Shown one piece after another: positions 26,358 through 38,128 of a stretch of 64,000 nucleotides of DNA. A program made the translations under genes and the position numbers. Each line of letters opens with the position of its first letter. Position 1 is the stretch's first letter. Origin of the DNA: Trichosphaerium sp. ATCC 40318 (Eukaryota > Protista > Tubulinea); NCBI GenBank assembly GCA_038496445.1, contig JALMLS010000523.1, positions 49,110 to 113,109 on the forward strand, read 5' to 3'. The notes under the pieces are model-generated. The model did no database searches, was not told the DNA's origin, and saw only the letters and a program-made list of their open reading frames with translations.

Positions 26358-29300
26358 ATGTCGCATTACGTGTTAAAGCGTCACAACCCTGACTTGCTGG
26401 ATTTACGACCAACAAAGGTCGAGCAACGCAAACTTCGACAGACAGTTGAGGAACGAGAAGTAGCTCTACTTAGAAAGCGCTTAAAGCAAGCAGCGAGACC
26501 AAAACCGGGTGTAAGCTGAGAATTGTTCAATAATTGTATTAACTGTACACAGACTGTTCCTGTACCTGACAGTGAAGATGCAAACGCAGAACAGACACCT
26601 GCCGCTAAACGACAGGTAAATATGCAGAAACCACGCAACGAGGCGTGTAACATTGTTTTATACGCTTGAAACGCTTATCCATGTTATATAATTGTATCTT
26701 GGTGATTTCTCATAAGAAAATATGTACAATTGATTTAATACGTGCCTAGGCCGATAAATTTCCAAAGACATTCGATAAACTACCAATCTCGTTGGCTTTA
26801 GCTGCTGGTACGTGAAAACTAAACGTTAAATTATTTAAACTAGTAAAATATCGCGTTATTCACCTCACCGACGCGCTAGCACTGAAACAAAATGATTTTA
26901 CAACAATGACAGAAATTCAACGTGCTGCTATTCCTCATGCGTTGTGTAACCGTGATGTATTGGGTGCTGCCAAGACAGGTTCAGGAAAAACCCTTGCATT
27001 CTTAATACCAGTACGGCTAAGCGTTTGAGCAAAAAAAAAAGGAGTGTTTGACTTATATCTTTTTTCTAGGCGCTTGAGAAGCTTTATAGAAGTAAACACG
27101 TACCAGAGTACGTACTGAAAAATGTGGAACATGGTTTTTAATAACATACCCTGCAAAGACGACAATTGATTTAGATTGCTTTTTATTAAACCAAGTTTTC
27201 ATTTATTTTTTGTGGGTTAACTGGTGTTTCTAGGTATGGTTTAGGTGCTGTTATTATTTCTCCAACACGTGAGCTTGCTCTACAAATTTATGGCGTTGTA
27301 CAACAGATTGGGCAAAGGTAGCTAAACTTATTTTTTGATTGTAGTTTGTAATTAAACTTTTCTTCAAAGGTACCCAAGTTTGACAGCTGGTGTTGTTACT
27401 GGAGGGTCAGGATTTAGGGAAGAATCTAGAGCTATTCATTCACTCACTTTGCTTGTAGCAACGCCAGGTAATACAGTGCTTTTGAATAATAAAAAGAAAT
27501 CGTCGCAGTTTTATTAATTTTGTTTTCATAGGTCGTTTGTTGCAACATCTCGATGAATCAGAGATTGAGACAAATAACCTACAAGTACTAGGTACACAGA
27601 ATATTAGATGATAACTATAGCAAAATAACTGGCCTTTTAGTCCTAGATGAAGCTGATAGGCTTCTTGATATGGGATTTAAAAAGCAATTAAATGCAATTC
27701 TCGAACATTTGCCCACAAAGCGTCAGACTCTTCTATTTTCTGCTACACAAACAGCTTCAGTAAAACAGCTTGCAAGGCTATCACTAAACGTAAGGATTTG
27801 CCTTAAAACTTCTTAAGATTTCCTCCCTTGCAGCATGGAGACAAAGAATATTCTTCGCTTTCCATTACTCTTTTTTTATCTATTGCATCTGGACTTTGTC
27901 TAATCACTTTGTGTAGAAGCCAGAGTTTATATGGGTTCATAAAGAATCAAAACATACTACGCCCGAAGGGCTTGCACAAAACTTTGTTATTTGTCCTGTA
28001 GAAGAAAAGATAAATATGCTATGGTCTTTCTTAAAAAAATTTAAAACACAAAAAGTTCTTGTATTCCTTGCTACAAAAAAACAAGTACGTTCACCTAGCT
28101 CTCAATGGTACAAAAATTTTTGACAAACTATGCTTTTTTTAGGTTGTATTTTATGGTCACGTGTTTAAAAAATTACGTCCTGGTATGCCAGTTGAGGCTA
28201 TTCATGGTGGCATGGGTGGTGTAAAAAGAACAAATATTTGGAAAAAATTCAAAAACAAAGAACGTGGTACGTACCACGTTAATTATACGCCAAAAAAATT
28301 CATTTCACGTGTCACTTTTTGTTGGTACTTGACACTTAAAAAATCAAGCAGCATGTCATGTCACTTTTGTTGACGTTTGACACTTCAAAACAGAAATGAT
28401 ATTTAAACATTTTGACGTCACATTTTGACACTCAAATGACATGATTTTTATACATTTTCTTTATGTACTTTGTTCTTATTGGCTATGTTTTTAGGTCTTT
28501 TAATCACTACAGATGTCGCTTCTAGAGGTCTTGATCTCACAGAAGTTCATTGGGTTATTCAAGTGAGTATTTTTTTTATTTTTTATTGTTGGTTTCAATG
28601 TCTCACATATTTCTTCACTAAAAAGGTTGATTGTCCAATGGATGTTGATACATATGTTCACAGAGTTGGACGTACTGCTCGGTACAACAAGGTATGTGAA
28701 TAGAGCGAATATAACATTCGATAAACCGCCAAAAGATTTATTTTAATATTGACCTTAGGGTGGCTTTGCTGTGCTTTTCTTAGAACCTTCACAACGTAAA
28801 TACGTTGAAAAACTTGAAGCTGCACGTATACCTATTGAAGAACGCGCAATCAACCTTCACTTGGTACATTTTTTTTATTCCAAAGCAACACAAAACAAAC
28901 AATCGAGTTTTTTGTTTTGCATTTATTAACATGGTTAAGGCACGTAGTATAAATGGAAGTATTAGAGATCTTGTTGATGATGACGACGATATTAAGGATT
29001 ACGCTATAAAGGTACGGTACTTGTTATTACGAGCATAAGGTGATATCGATTTAGGCAATCAGGAACTACCTCAAGCAATATTTTTTGGCTTCTGATAAGG
29101 AAATTTTTGATATTGCAAATATTGATGTTAGGCGATTTGCAGAGAGTTATGGACTTGATGAAATGCCTGAAATATCTGTTGAACCTGGCCGTAGAGTAAA
29201 TAAAAATGAAAGAGTACGTAACTAACACCGCTAGAAACGTGTTTTTGTTTGAAAACTTCCTAAAGAAGAAACTATATACTAACAGAACTATTAGCGCTTT

Positions 29301-29795
29301 CAAGAGCGTATTCAGACAATTTTGGATGCAGAAGAAGAACAAGAACCTTCAGAGCCTAAGGTTAATGCAAACTGGATACGTATTCCTGAACCTTCAGAGA
29401 TACTACCAGAGGATATACCAATAGATGAATTTATTGATTTAATCAAGCCGCCAGATCCATCTACATACGTTCCTAGGCATATGTACGTATCCACCAAGAG
29501 TTTTATACACTGAATAGCGCAGTTCCTAACTGATAAACTGTGCTTGATTGTTAACTGTTCGCTCACTTTTCTTGTAGGCAAAAAGGAAAGAAAATGGACA
29601 GAAAGTTGCGTATGTTGAGTCTACCGAATATTGCAGATAAGGAGGAGCGTGACGATGATAGATGGAAGCCATACGATGATGCATTACGTCCTCAAAGACG
29701 TGCAGTTAGAGATATGGGCGAAAAGGTATATCAACTTAACACAGAGGAGATTTTATTAACACATTTGTTTTTAGAGCTTTTTCACTGACGACTGA
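26358..29795 (+). CDS. DDX10: DEAD-box RNA helicase, DDX10/Dbp4-like
   Basis: [92 protein letters not shown]. Confidence 0.9.
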
Positions 29796-29956
29796 AAAAA
29801 GATGAAGCAGAAAACTCGCACCAATTTTAATTCTCCGTTGACCCGTCCATAAATAATGTAAAAACCAAAAAAATGAGATGTACAGACATACTTGGGTAGT
29901 TTTAATAGCAAATCGTTTCGATTAGTAGAATTATAACAATAAGACACTGTATTTTA

Positions 29957-31076
29957 ATGTCAGAGCCAGTAGATGAGTTTTCAGTGCAATATATAACTGT
30001 TAGAACGGTATCAGTCGCTTACACAACGGGTGGTGCGAAAACACCCCAAAAACCTTCAATCATACTGCTGCACGGATTTCTTGGTTCTTTAGAGCATTTC
30101 AGGCCGATTAGAAGCGCTCTAGCTCAAAATCATCATATTGTTGCGTATGATCGCGTAGGGTTTGGATTAACATCGCGCCCTTTACCTCCCAATTACAATG
30201 AGTATCCAGGGGATGGAACACATGAAAATCCGTACTCTGAAGCGGAAGCGGCGAAACTTTTGGTGCCGTGAAATTCCCTGTTAACCTCTAACTTGCTGTA
30301 GGCCGCACTATGTCATGAACTAGATATAACATCATTTTTCCTTGTTGGCCATTCTGCTGGAGGTACAACTTCATTAAACGCATGGCTTGACATTCCGTGG
30401 ATACAGGAATCATGCAGAGGTAAGTAAAATGGCTCTAGTATTTTGTTTGAGACTCTTTGGGTTAATCTTTTACTTAGGTATTGCTTTGATATCGTCGCCC
30501 TTGAATGGCCCTCCTCGCATTGCCACGGTTAGTAGCGTGTCTGCAGTTATTGTGTTTGGTGTATTTATTCGTTTTTGTTGCAGTACATGGCTAACTGGAT
30601 CCCTTTTATGACACATTTGGTTGTCAAGGGAATGAAACTTATGGCACCACATTTAATAACAAGTGCTGTTTATGATAAGAAACGTGTCATTCATGACAAC
30701 CCACCAGAGTGGTTAGAAGATCAGGATATGACGTTCAGACACAAAGATTGGCAAACAGGTAAATCTTAAAAAATTCTTATTTTATTTTTACTTTTTACTC
30801 CAAAAAACAAAAGTGCTCAAGTAACGGATAGGTCTTTTTGAGTTTACAAAAGCATCCACGGATGTGAAACTGTATTCAAGGGTTGAAAAAATGAAAGGAA
30901 ATGTTCCTATACTTTTTATTGCTGGAAAGAATGATAGTATCGTGTCCTACAAAGACCATAAGAAAACAGCAGAATTATTGGATTGTGATACTATTTTTTT
31001 GGAAAAATGCGGACATTTGCCACATGTTGAGTATCCTGATATTGTGCTACAAGCTTTAGAAGACTTTTTCAAGTAA
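29957..31076 (+). CDS. Alpha/beta-fold hydrolase (Abhydrolase_1/6 type)
   Basis: ILLHGFLGS, AYDRVGFGLT, GHSAGG nucleophile elbow, AGKNDSIV, CGHLPHVEYP. Confidence 0.88.
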
Positions 31077-31744
31077 AAAAGTAATAACAATAAGGAAAAG
31101 TAAACTTGTAACAAAACCGTGTAAAACTAGGTTATAATTTGCCTGTTGCAGCATTTAAGAAAAAACAATAAAAAATCTACACTTACAATAGCAGATAATT
31201 ATTGACTTGCAATAAAATAGTTTGATGTTGAGTTGTTCTGTAAGTTTTGGACAAATCAAGGTGCTCAAACTTGTTGTTTATTTGGATCTATTATCCACAA
31301 CGTCTAGTATTTTCTCCAAATAGCATCCATCCTTGGTTAAATTTACAAGGCATTTTGTACCAACTGCGTGAGCCTGTACTTAAAAGAAAAGCTAATTTGG
31401 TTCTCAAATATTAATGTGTAGTTGAGGCTTGTAGTTGACATGAAACACAGTCAGTTTCGAAGTGGTCATCATCGGTAAGTCGGTTTACGCTTGCCGGGCA
31501 TTTATTTTTTTAGCGGGCTTATTGTATTATTGGGTTTTCTGTGAATACGTTCTGCACAGTTTTGTGGAAATTTTCGCTTTCAAGCCACCGCAAACAATGT
31601 AGTAATCAATGGCATATGATTTCTCTTTTCTGTAGAATTGTAGTATGTAGTAAACTGTAGTTTGTCCGGAAATTTGACGTATTTTTGACATGTTTATTTT
31701 CAGAATAAGACGCGTCGTAACAGCTCATCGAGACTAATCTTCAA

Positions 31745-34700
31745 ATGAATCTATACATTCTTGCTTCTATAATCGCAGGTAAAGCAAAAAAAAATACTCA
31801 AAACAGTTTACCTCTTCAACTTCAATTTTATTGCTTATCTTACAGTGTCAGTTCTATTGGAGTATCTCACATACCCCGATAGCCATACAGAAATAAAGTT
31901 GTTTTTCTTTTTCTTTACAACAGACAGCTGTTCGCGGCAATGTCAGAACCGCTCGTGACACTCAAATTATGAAACGCTTTGTAGCCTTTATAGACCATCA
32001 CCATAGAGCCATTGTTTAATCAACTAATACTTTGTTATCAGTGTATGCGAGTACAGTAAATGCAGGGCTAGATTTGACAAGAATTGGAATAAACGGGGTT
32101 GATTATACTGAAATAGAAAGACAAAGTACTTATCCAAGTACGCAAACAAGCATCAAAACGAATCAATGTCAATTTTTTTCTTATGTCCAAAATAGATGCA
32201 ATAAGTGACTGCATTGGCGAAAGTTTTGATGGCTTAGCAGTGATTGATACAAACTTCATCAATTCGTACTTGCGTAATAAGCTCACCAGTCTTCCCGAAA
32301 CAATCTGGGTTGGCTTGAAGCACAACAATTCTGTTGAAAATGAGTTCCAATGGAGCGATGGAACACCTTTAGAATCTCATGCTTATACCAACTGGGCTAT
32401 AGGACAACCTAGTCTTGACAACATAACTGAAGGGTGTGTTGCTATGAAAACAGACGAGAAATGGTTCATAGCAGAGTGTCAAGAAGTATACGGTTTCATT
32501 TGTGGTAAGTAAATTTTTTACAAAAACTTAGAAACCTTGAGAAGTTCTTCGCTCTGTTTGCTTACATTTCTCTATTTTAGAAAAAAGATACGAAACAGCA
32601 TCAAGTGATAGCTTCAATGGAACAAAGTATGTATTACTAGATACCCTTTCAACAAACCAATCGTGTATGTTTAACGTTTTCCGTTTCCTCTTCTAAGTTA
32701 GTTGTAGTCGCCGTAGATATCTGTAATAGGCTAGGAGGAACCCCACCTGTGGTACTAAACCAACAAGTACAAGAGTAAGTTTATTAGTACCATCGCATGC
32801 ATGCTAAAAAATTTTCTTAGCTTTTTGGACAATCTATTAACCGGTACAGAAACGTGGATACATCTAAAGTTGGAAATGGGAAGTTATGTATGGGGTGATG
32901 ATTCTCCAGTAGATTATCTCAATTTCATGCCCATGATAAGTACGCCTCACAGTTTAACGCCTAACTTTGTCTAACTCCACAATAATAGCTCCTGGATCAC
33001 AGGACGAATGTGTTAGCACTATAGATGACTATTGGGTATACACAGACTGCGAAATGATGCGTCCAGTTGTTTGTGGTATTGGTTTTTTTTCTTTTCCAGT
33101 TGAAATTGCCCTAACATGTTGCTTTATAGCGTATCCATCAATAGTAAATCGGTGCCCTCTTGTCGAGAGTTTTGAAAAGAATGATACTACTTTCAAAGTT
33201 GTTGAAGGTCAGATATTTGCTGCAGAAGGAACTGAAGATTCCGACGACTATTTTGGTATTTCTGATGCAATTCATGGTCCAAGCGCTGGGTTCTGGAACG
33301 GCTTTGACCCTCCAACACAATTTAGAACAGTAATAGGATTCGCAAACAAGTTTCTTATTGGAGAGGATACTGACTACGATGATGACGAAAGTCCTGTCAG
33401 GCACCCAACTATAGGTACTGTAACATAGGTTTTTGTCTGTGTTTTTCACCACCTTACCATTGTTATTTAGAATGGACTGATATAAATTTAAACAGAGAAA
33501 TTTTTGGTCTTAGATTAACTTTCGACATTGCAGCTGGACAAGAATTGAATTGTTCTGGTTCTGGAAACTTTGCAACTGATGACTTTGTTAAAATAGAATA
33601 CTGTGGCGAGTCATCATCAAGTGGATGCAAGGTTGGAACTCCTGTAATCCAATTCGTTCCAAGTGAACTAACAAACAACTTTTTGGGTCTTGACGCTGAC
33701 CTTGACGGTGAACCTGATAGTAGTTCACTTACAACAACTTTGGTTCCAAACGCTATTAGATATTCTGTTGGAATTCCAGCTTCTAATGATAAACTTACCC
33801 TTAGATTATCCTTGCAACTCGCCAAAGAAGCATGGGCTGCCATAACTAATATATACCTGCTTGGTCAATCTATAACGGGATCATGTGATCAAATTTGTAC
33901 GACTTGGAACTTTCCTATTTTTTTCTTACCTTTTTGATTTATCTGTAGTGCGTCCTCCACCCCTTATCAATCCTATAATTATTACCCGACCACCTACAAA
34001 CGCTCCAGCACGACCATTAAACTTAGTAGAAGGTAAGAGTTTTAGTGCTTCATAAAAACTAATCAACAAAACTTCACCTAGCTGCTGATGGACTTATTAT
34101 ATCTGAAATTACCCGCGAACGTAGATTTCCACACTATATTGAACTTACAAATTGCGGATCTTCACCTATCGACTTAAGTGACTATAGTATCATTTCGTTG
34201 TCGGAGAGTATGCACTTGTTACACTTTTGTCATTAACAACCAAAGCACTTACTTGTATTTGTCAGGTGAGCCAACAACATACCAAGAAAAGTTACGACTT
34301 GCAGGAACCATAAATCCAGGAGAAAACTATCTGGTTGCGAATGGATGGGATTCATTCTCACCAGAACCAAACATAACAACTAAAATATTAAGTATAAACA
34401 CCAACAGATACTTTGCTGTTGTGCTAGCAGTTTCAAAATGTGCAACTTCAGTTCCACTTGAAGATTTCATTGATGTATTCGGATACATCAACACAACACC
34501 AAATATCACTGATTTTGTAGTTAACAGAACATCATCGGTATACACTGGATCTGGTTATTCATTTGATCCAAGTGGATGGTCTTTCAGCTCAAGTATGTTG
34601 GGTTTTTTGATTAAACTACTAAGATACTAACGCATAATTCTTTAGATGGACGGACTCCATTTAGCCATATATGTGGCGTACCACCTCCAACGACCCAGGG

Positions 34701-34998
34701 GCCAACCATGCCACCGAATGCGGAACCATCCACAAAGGCACCGCCTACAGATACTACTAGTTCGCCATCTCAAGGAAGCTCAACAACTATAGCACCTACT
34801 CCGAGTATGCAACTTCCAATACCTCCACGACCTTCTATTCCTGAAGTACCTACAACAGCACCAAGTTCTGTACCAATTGTAGAACCCTTTACACCAATTG
34901 CACCTACGGAGGTTACTACGTCTTCTGCTCTTGCTAGATACCAAGGAACATGGCCTATACTTGTAGCTTTTTTACTCTCTAGAATACTCTATTTGTAA
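31745..34998 (+). CDS. Surface glycoprotein: signal peptide, C-type lectin domains, lamin-tail-like domain, Pro/Thr stalk, probable GPI signal
   Basis: MNLYILASIIAVYASTVNA (spliced); IWVGL..FQWSDGT..YTNWAIGQP..CV (C-type lectin); LIISEI..YIELTNCGSSPIDLSDY (LTD-like); P/T-rich stalk; hydrophobic C-terminus WPILVAFLLSRILYL. Confidence 0.8.
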
Positions 34999-35449
34999 TC
35001 AATGAACCATAAATAACTTAGCATCTCGTCAGTTTTTAATAGCGTTAGCTTGCCCTTATTTTTCTGCCGGCATAACCCTAGTACTGTAGAGGAATTTGTA
35101 TGAGGCTCCACATAATGAATGTACTTGTTTTGATATCACATGAGGCTTTGGAAATAGAATGTTAAACTACAGTATGTGCTGTTATAACAGACTTACGCAC
35201 TTTTGACAAAAAATGTGAACACAAAGTAACTGGAAATGAGTGTAGAGGCAATTGGTAAGCATACATTACCGTGTATTTGATGTTAATCAAACAGTAAAAA
35301 AGTCATTCTTTGACTATGTACACGGTTTGAATAACAAAAAGATGAGCGTGTACAAAACATACGGAGTAATGGAATGTTGAGGGGTTTATTGGTGAAACAA
35401 TAAACAAGCTGTTGGTTAAGCTTACGAGCATAGAAAGAATTCATTGCCT

Positions 35450-35569
35450 TCAATGGTTCTTATACCACGACAGCACGTGCAAGGCATGTCTTGCATTTTT
35501 TAGAACTTGTTTTTGCTTCTGGGCAATGATCATTGCCTTTCTCCCTACATAGTTGACGTCCATTCCAAA
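35450..35569 (-). pseudogene. Truncated copy (exon 2 only) of the 8-Cys secreted peptide gene
   Basis: WNGRQLCREKGNDHCPEAKTSSKKCKTC then frameshift/stop; acceptor intron remnant is retained but exon 1 is absent. Confidence 0.75.
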
Positions 35570-35750
35570 CTAAACCCTTCACTAAAACAAAAACACAAAA
35601 GTGGTTGAACGCATATTAACACTAGTCAAACAATAAAACAAGTCATTCTTGTAGCTATATGGTTCGAAGAACAAAAAAGATGAGTGTGCAAAGTATAATG
35701 GAATGTTGAGGGGTTTATTGACGAAACAATAAACTAGCTGTTCGTTGAGC

Positions 35751-36062
35751 TCAATCGCATTTAATGAATGAGTGATAACCAATGTCTACTTCAGGACCTT
35801 TACATCCACGCTTGTAGCATGGCTTGCATTTTTTAGAACTTGTTTTTGCTTCTACACCAGGGAACTCCTTGTGTGGGCAATTATAATAAAGCTCCCTACA
35901 TAGTTGCGTTCCATTGCTAACTAAACCCTTCCTTAAAACAAAACCACACCAAAGCGGGGTTTATGACGTACGGTATTTCCTGGAGCATACACGACAGGTT
36001 GACAGGGATTCGACAATGCATAGCAAGCAAAGAAATACGGCGAAGAGTAGTAAGAGCTTCAT
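35751..36062 (-). CDS. Small secreted 8-Cys peptide, copy B (86 aa)
   Basis: Exons 36062-35972 and 35920-35751: MKLLLLFAVFLCLLCIVESLSTCRVCSRKYLSNGTQLCRELYYNCPHKEFPGVEAKTSSKKCKPCYKRGCKGPEVDIGYHSFIKCD. Confidence 0.8.
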
Positions 36063-37182
36063 TTTTAAGGGTGTAGTTGTTTGTATTGTTGTTGTTAAGG
36101 GTGTAGTTGTTTGTGTTGTTGGTGTTAAAGAATAATGCTAACTTAAGTGAGATATTATCTATTTTTTACATTTGTGATTCCTCAATAACTTACTATTAAC
36201 TTCTACGCTCGTGGAGGAGGTACCCAAAGAATGAATTGAATCATAAATGAAACAAGTTAAGTATCGGGGAAATAGTTACAACCGGAAAAACTGCAAACAA
36301 CACGTGCGCCGGAGGTGACGCCTTTGGGTAGGCACTTAGGGAGGACATCCAGTGTCACGATTGAGCACACAACCAACCCTAGGCTTTTTTTCGGTTGTGG
36401 TTATGATGAAGATGAAAGTTGTTGGCTTCACTTGTAAGCCACCCGACACTTTTTTTGCTGGTGCCCCTGTAAAGGCAGGCGCCAATACTGGTACATTCCC
36501 GTCAAGCTCTAGTGCGCTTTTTTTTTTGTAAAACACATGCCTTTTTGATAGTGACTAGAGCGCTCTTAAAATTGAGTTTTTGTCGAAAATATCACGTTCA
36601 CGATGTATTTCTTTGACCTTTTTCCGCAATCTCTTGTTTGTTGCTTTGTCACTGTCTAGTCCCTTATAATGTTCAGTAGAAAGAGCAATTGCTATGTATT
36701 TCGATGCGTATCCGGAGCAAGATCTGGCTACCATTGGTTTGTACTACCAACGTTGCTGTGGGCTTTGTTAATGCCAGGGTCAAATGTGTTAATAAAAATT
36801 TTGATCTGGGTTTGTTAAATCACGTGGGTTTAAACGTCTGTGTAAACAACTTTAAACTGGTTAGATTTGCAAAAAATTTTCCGCTTGACTTTTGAGGGCA
36901 TCACATTTTAAAAAGTGAGATTTGCAAGTTCTGTCAGAAGTGTCAAATCCGTCAGATCTGATAGATCAGGCAGAAACTGGATTTTTTTTGCTAAAAGTCA
37001 GTCTGGCTAAAAACTTGAACGAAACATACAATATGGGTAAAACCAACTATGTACACGGTTTGAATAACAAAAAGATGAGCGTGTACAAAACATACGGAGT
37101 AATGGAATGTTGAGGGGTTTATTGGTGAAACAATAAACCAGCTGTTGGTTAAGCTTACGAGCATAGAAAGAATTCATTGCCT

Positions 37183-37507
37183 TCACTGGTTAGCTTCGAA
37201 GCATATAACGAAGTCATTGCCGTTAATAGTTGTTCCAAGACCACTACAGCCGCGCTGATCACATGTCCTGCATTTTTTAGAACTTGTTTTTGCTTCTACA
37301 CCAGGGTACTCCTTTTGTGGGCAATGATTGCCTTTCTCCTTACATAGTTGCTGTCCATTGTATACTAAACCCTTCAGTAAAACAAAAACACACAAAAGCG
37401 AGTTCTAAAGACATACAGTATTTCCTGGAGCATACACCAATACATGAAGCGGCTTCGACAATGTATAGCAAGCAAAGAAATACAGCGAAGAGTAACAGGA
37501 GTTTCAT
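37183..37507 (-). CDS. Small secreted 8-Cys peptide, copy A (90 aa)
   Basis: Exons 37507-37417 and 37364-37183: MKLLLLFAVFLCLLYIVEAASCIGVCSRKYLYNGQQLCKEKGNHCPQKEYPGVEAKTSSKKCRTCDQRGCSGLGTTINGNDFVICFEANQ. Confidence 0.8.
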
Positions 37508-38128
37508 TTTAAGGGTGTAGTTGTTTGTATTGTTGTTGTTAAAGAACAATGCTAACTTAAGTGAGATATTATCTATTATTATGTTTGTGATTCCTCAATA
37601 ACTTACTATTAACTTCTACGCCCATTGAGGTACCCAAAGAAGTGAATGGAATCATAAATGAAACAAGTTAAGTATCGGGGAAATAGTTAATACCGGCCAA
37701 ACTGCAAAAAACACGTGCACCGGAGGTGACGCCTTTGGGTAGGCACTTAGGGACCTAATGCCAAGAAACATTACCGATTGAACTTAAACCACTAGCTCAT
37801 TTTACCGGCTATGGCAATTCGTAACCGGTTGGGTTGAAATGACGCTTGTCGGTTTCATTTGTAAGCCACGGACACACGCTGTTTTTTCATCCAAACTGCT
37901 CTCCTACGCTTTAAAATAACAAAGTCCGACATGTTAAAGTGACAAACTGTTGCGATTGAAATAATCAACTCACTCGGATGCTTGAAGTACTCGAAATCTC
38001 TCAAATTGTTTCTTGAGGTTGGTTTACAACCCTTCCAATTATGTATGTTTATTATAAGATACAAGCGTTTGTTTTTTTTTTTGTTTTTAAAGGCTATTAA
38101 AAAGATACAATGAAAGAGAGGTCTGCAT

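Noticed and set aside
36067-36126. 30-bp tandem repeat as a CRISPR-like or regulatory array
   Set aside because: A simple two-copy duplication in the 5' leader of peptide copy B, with no spacers
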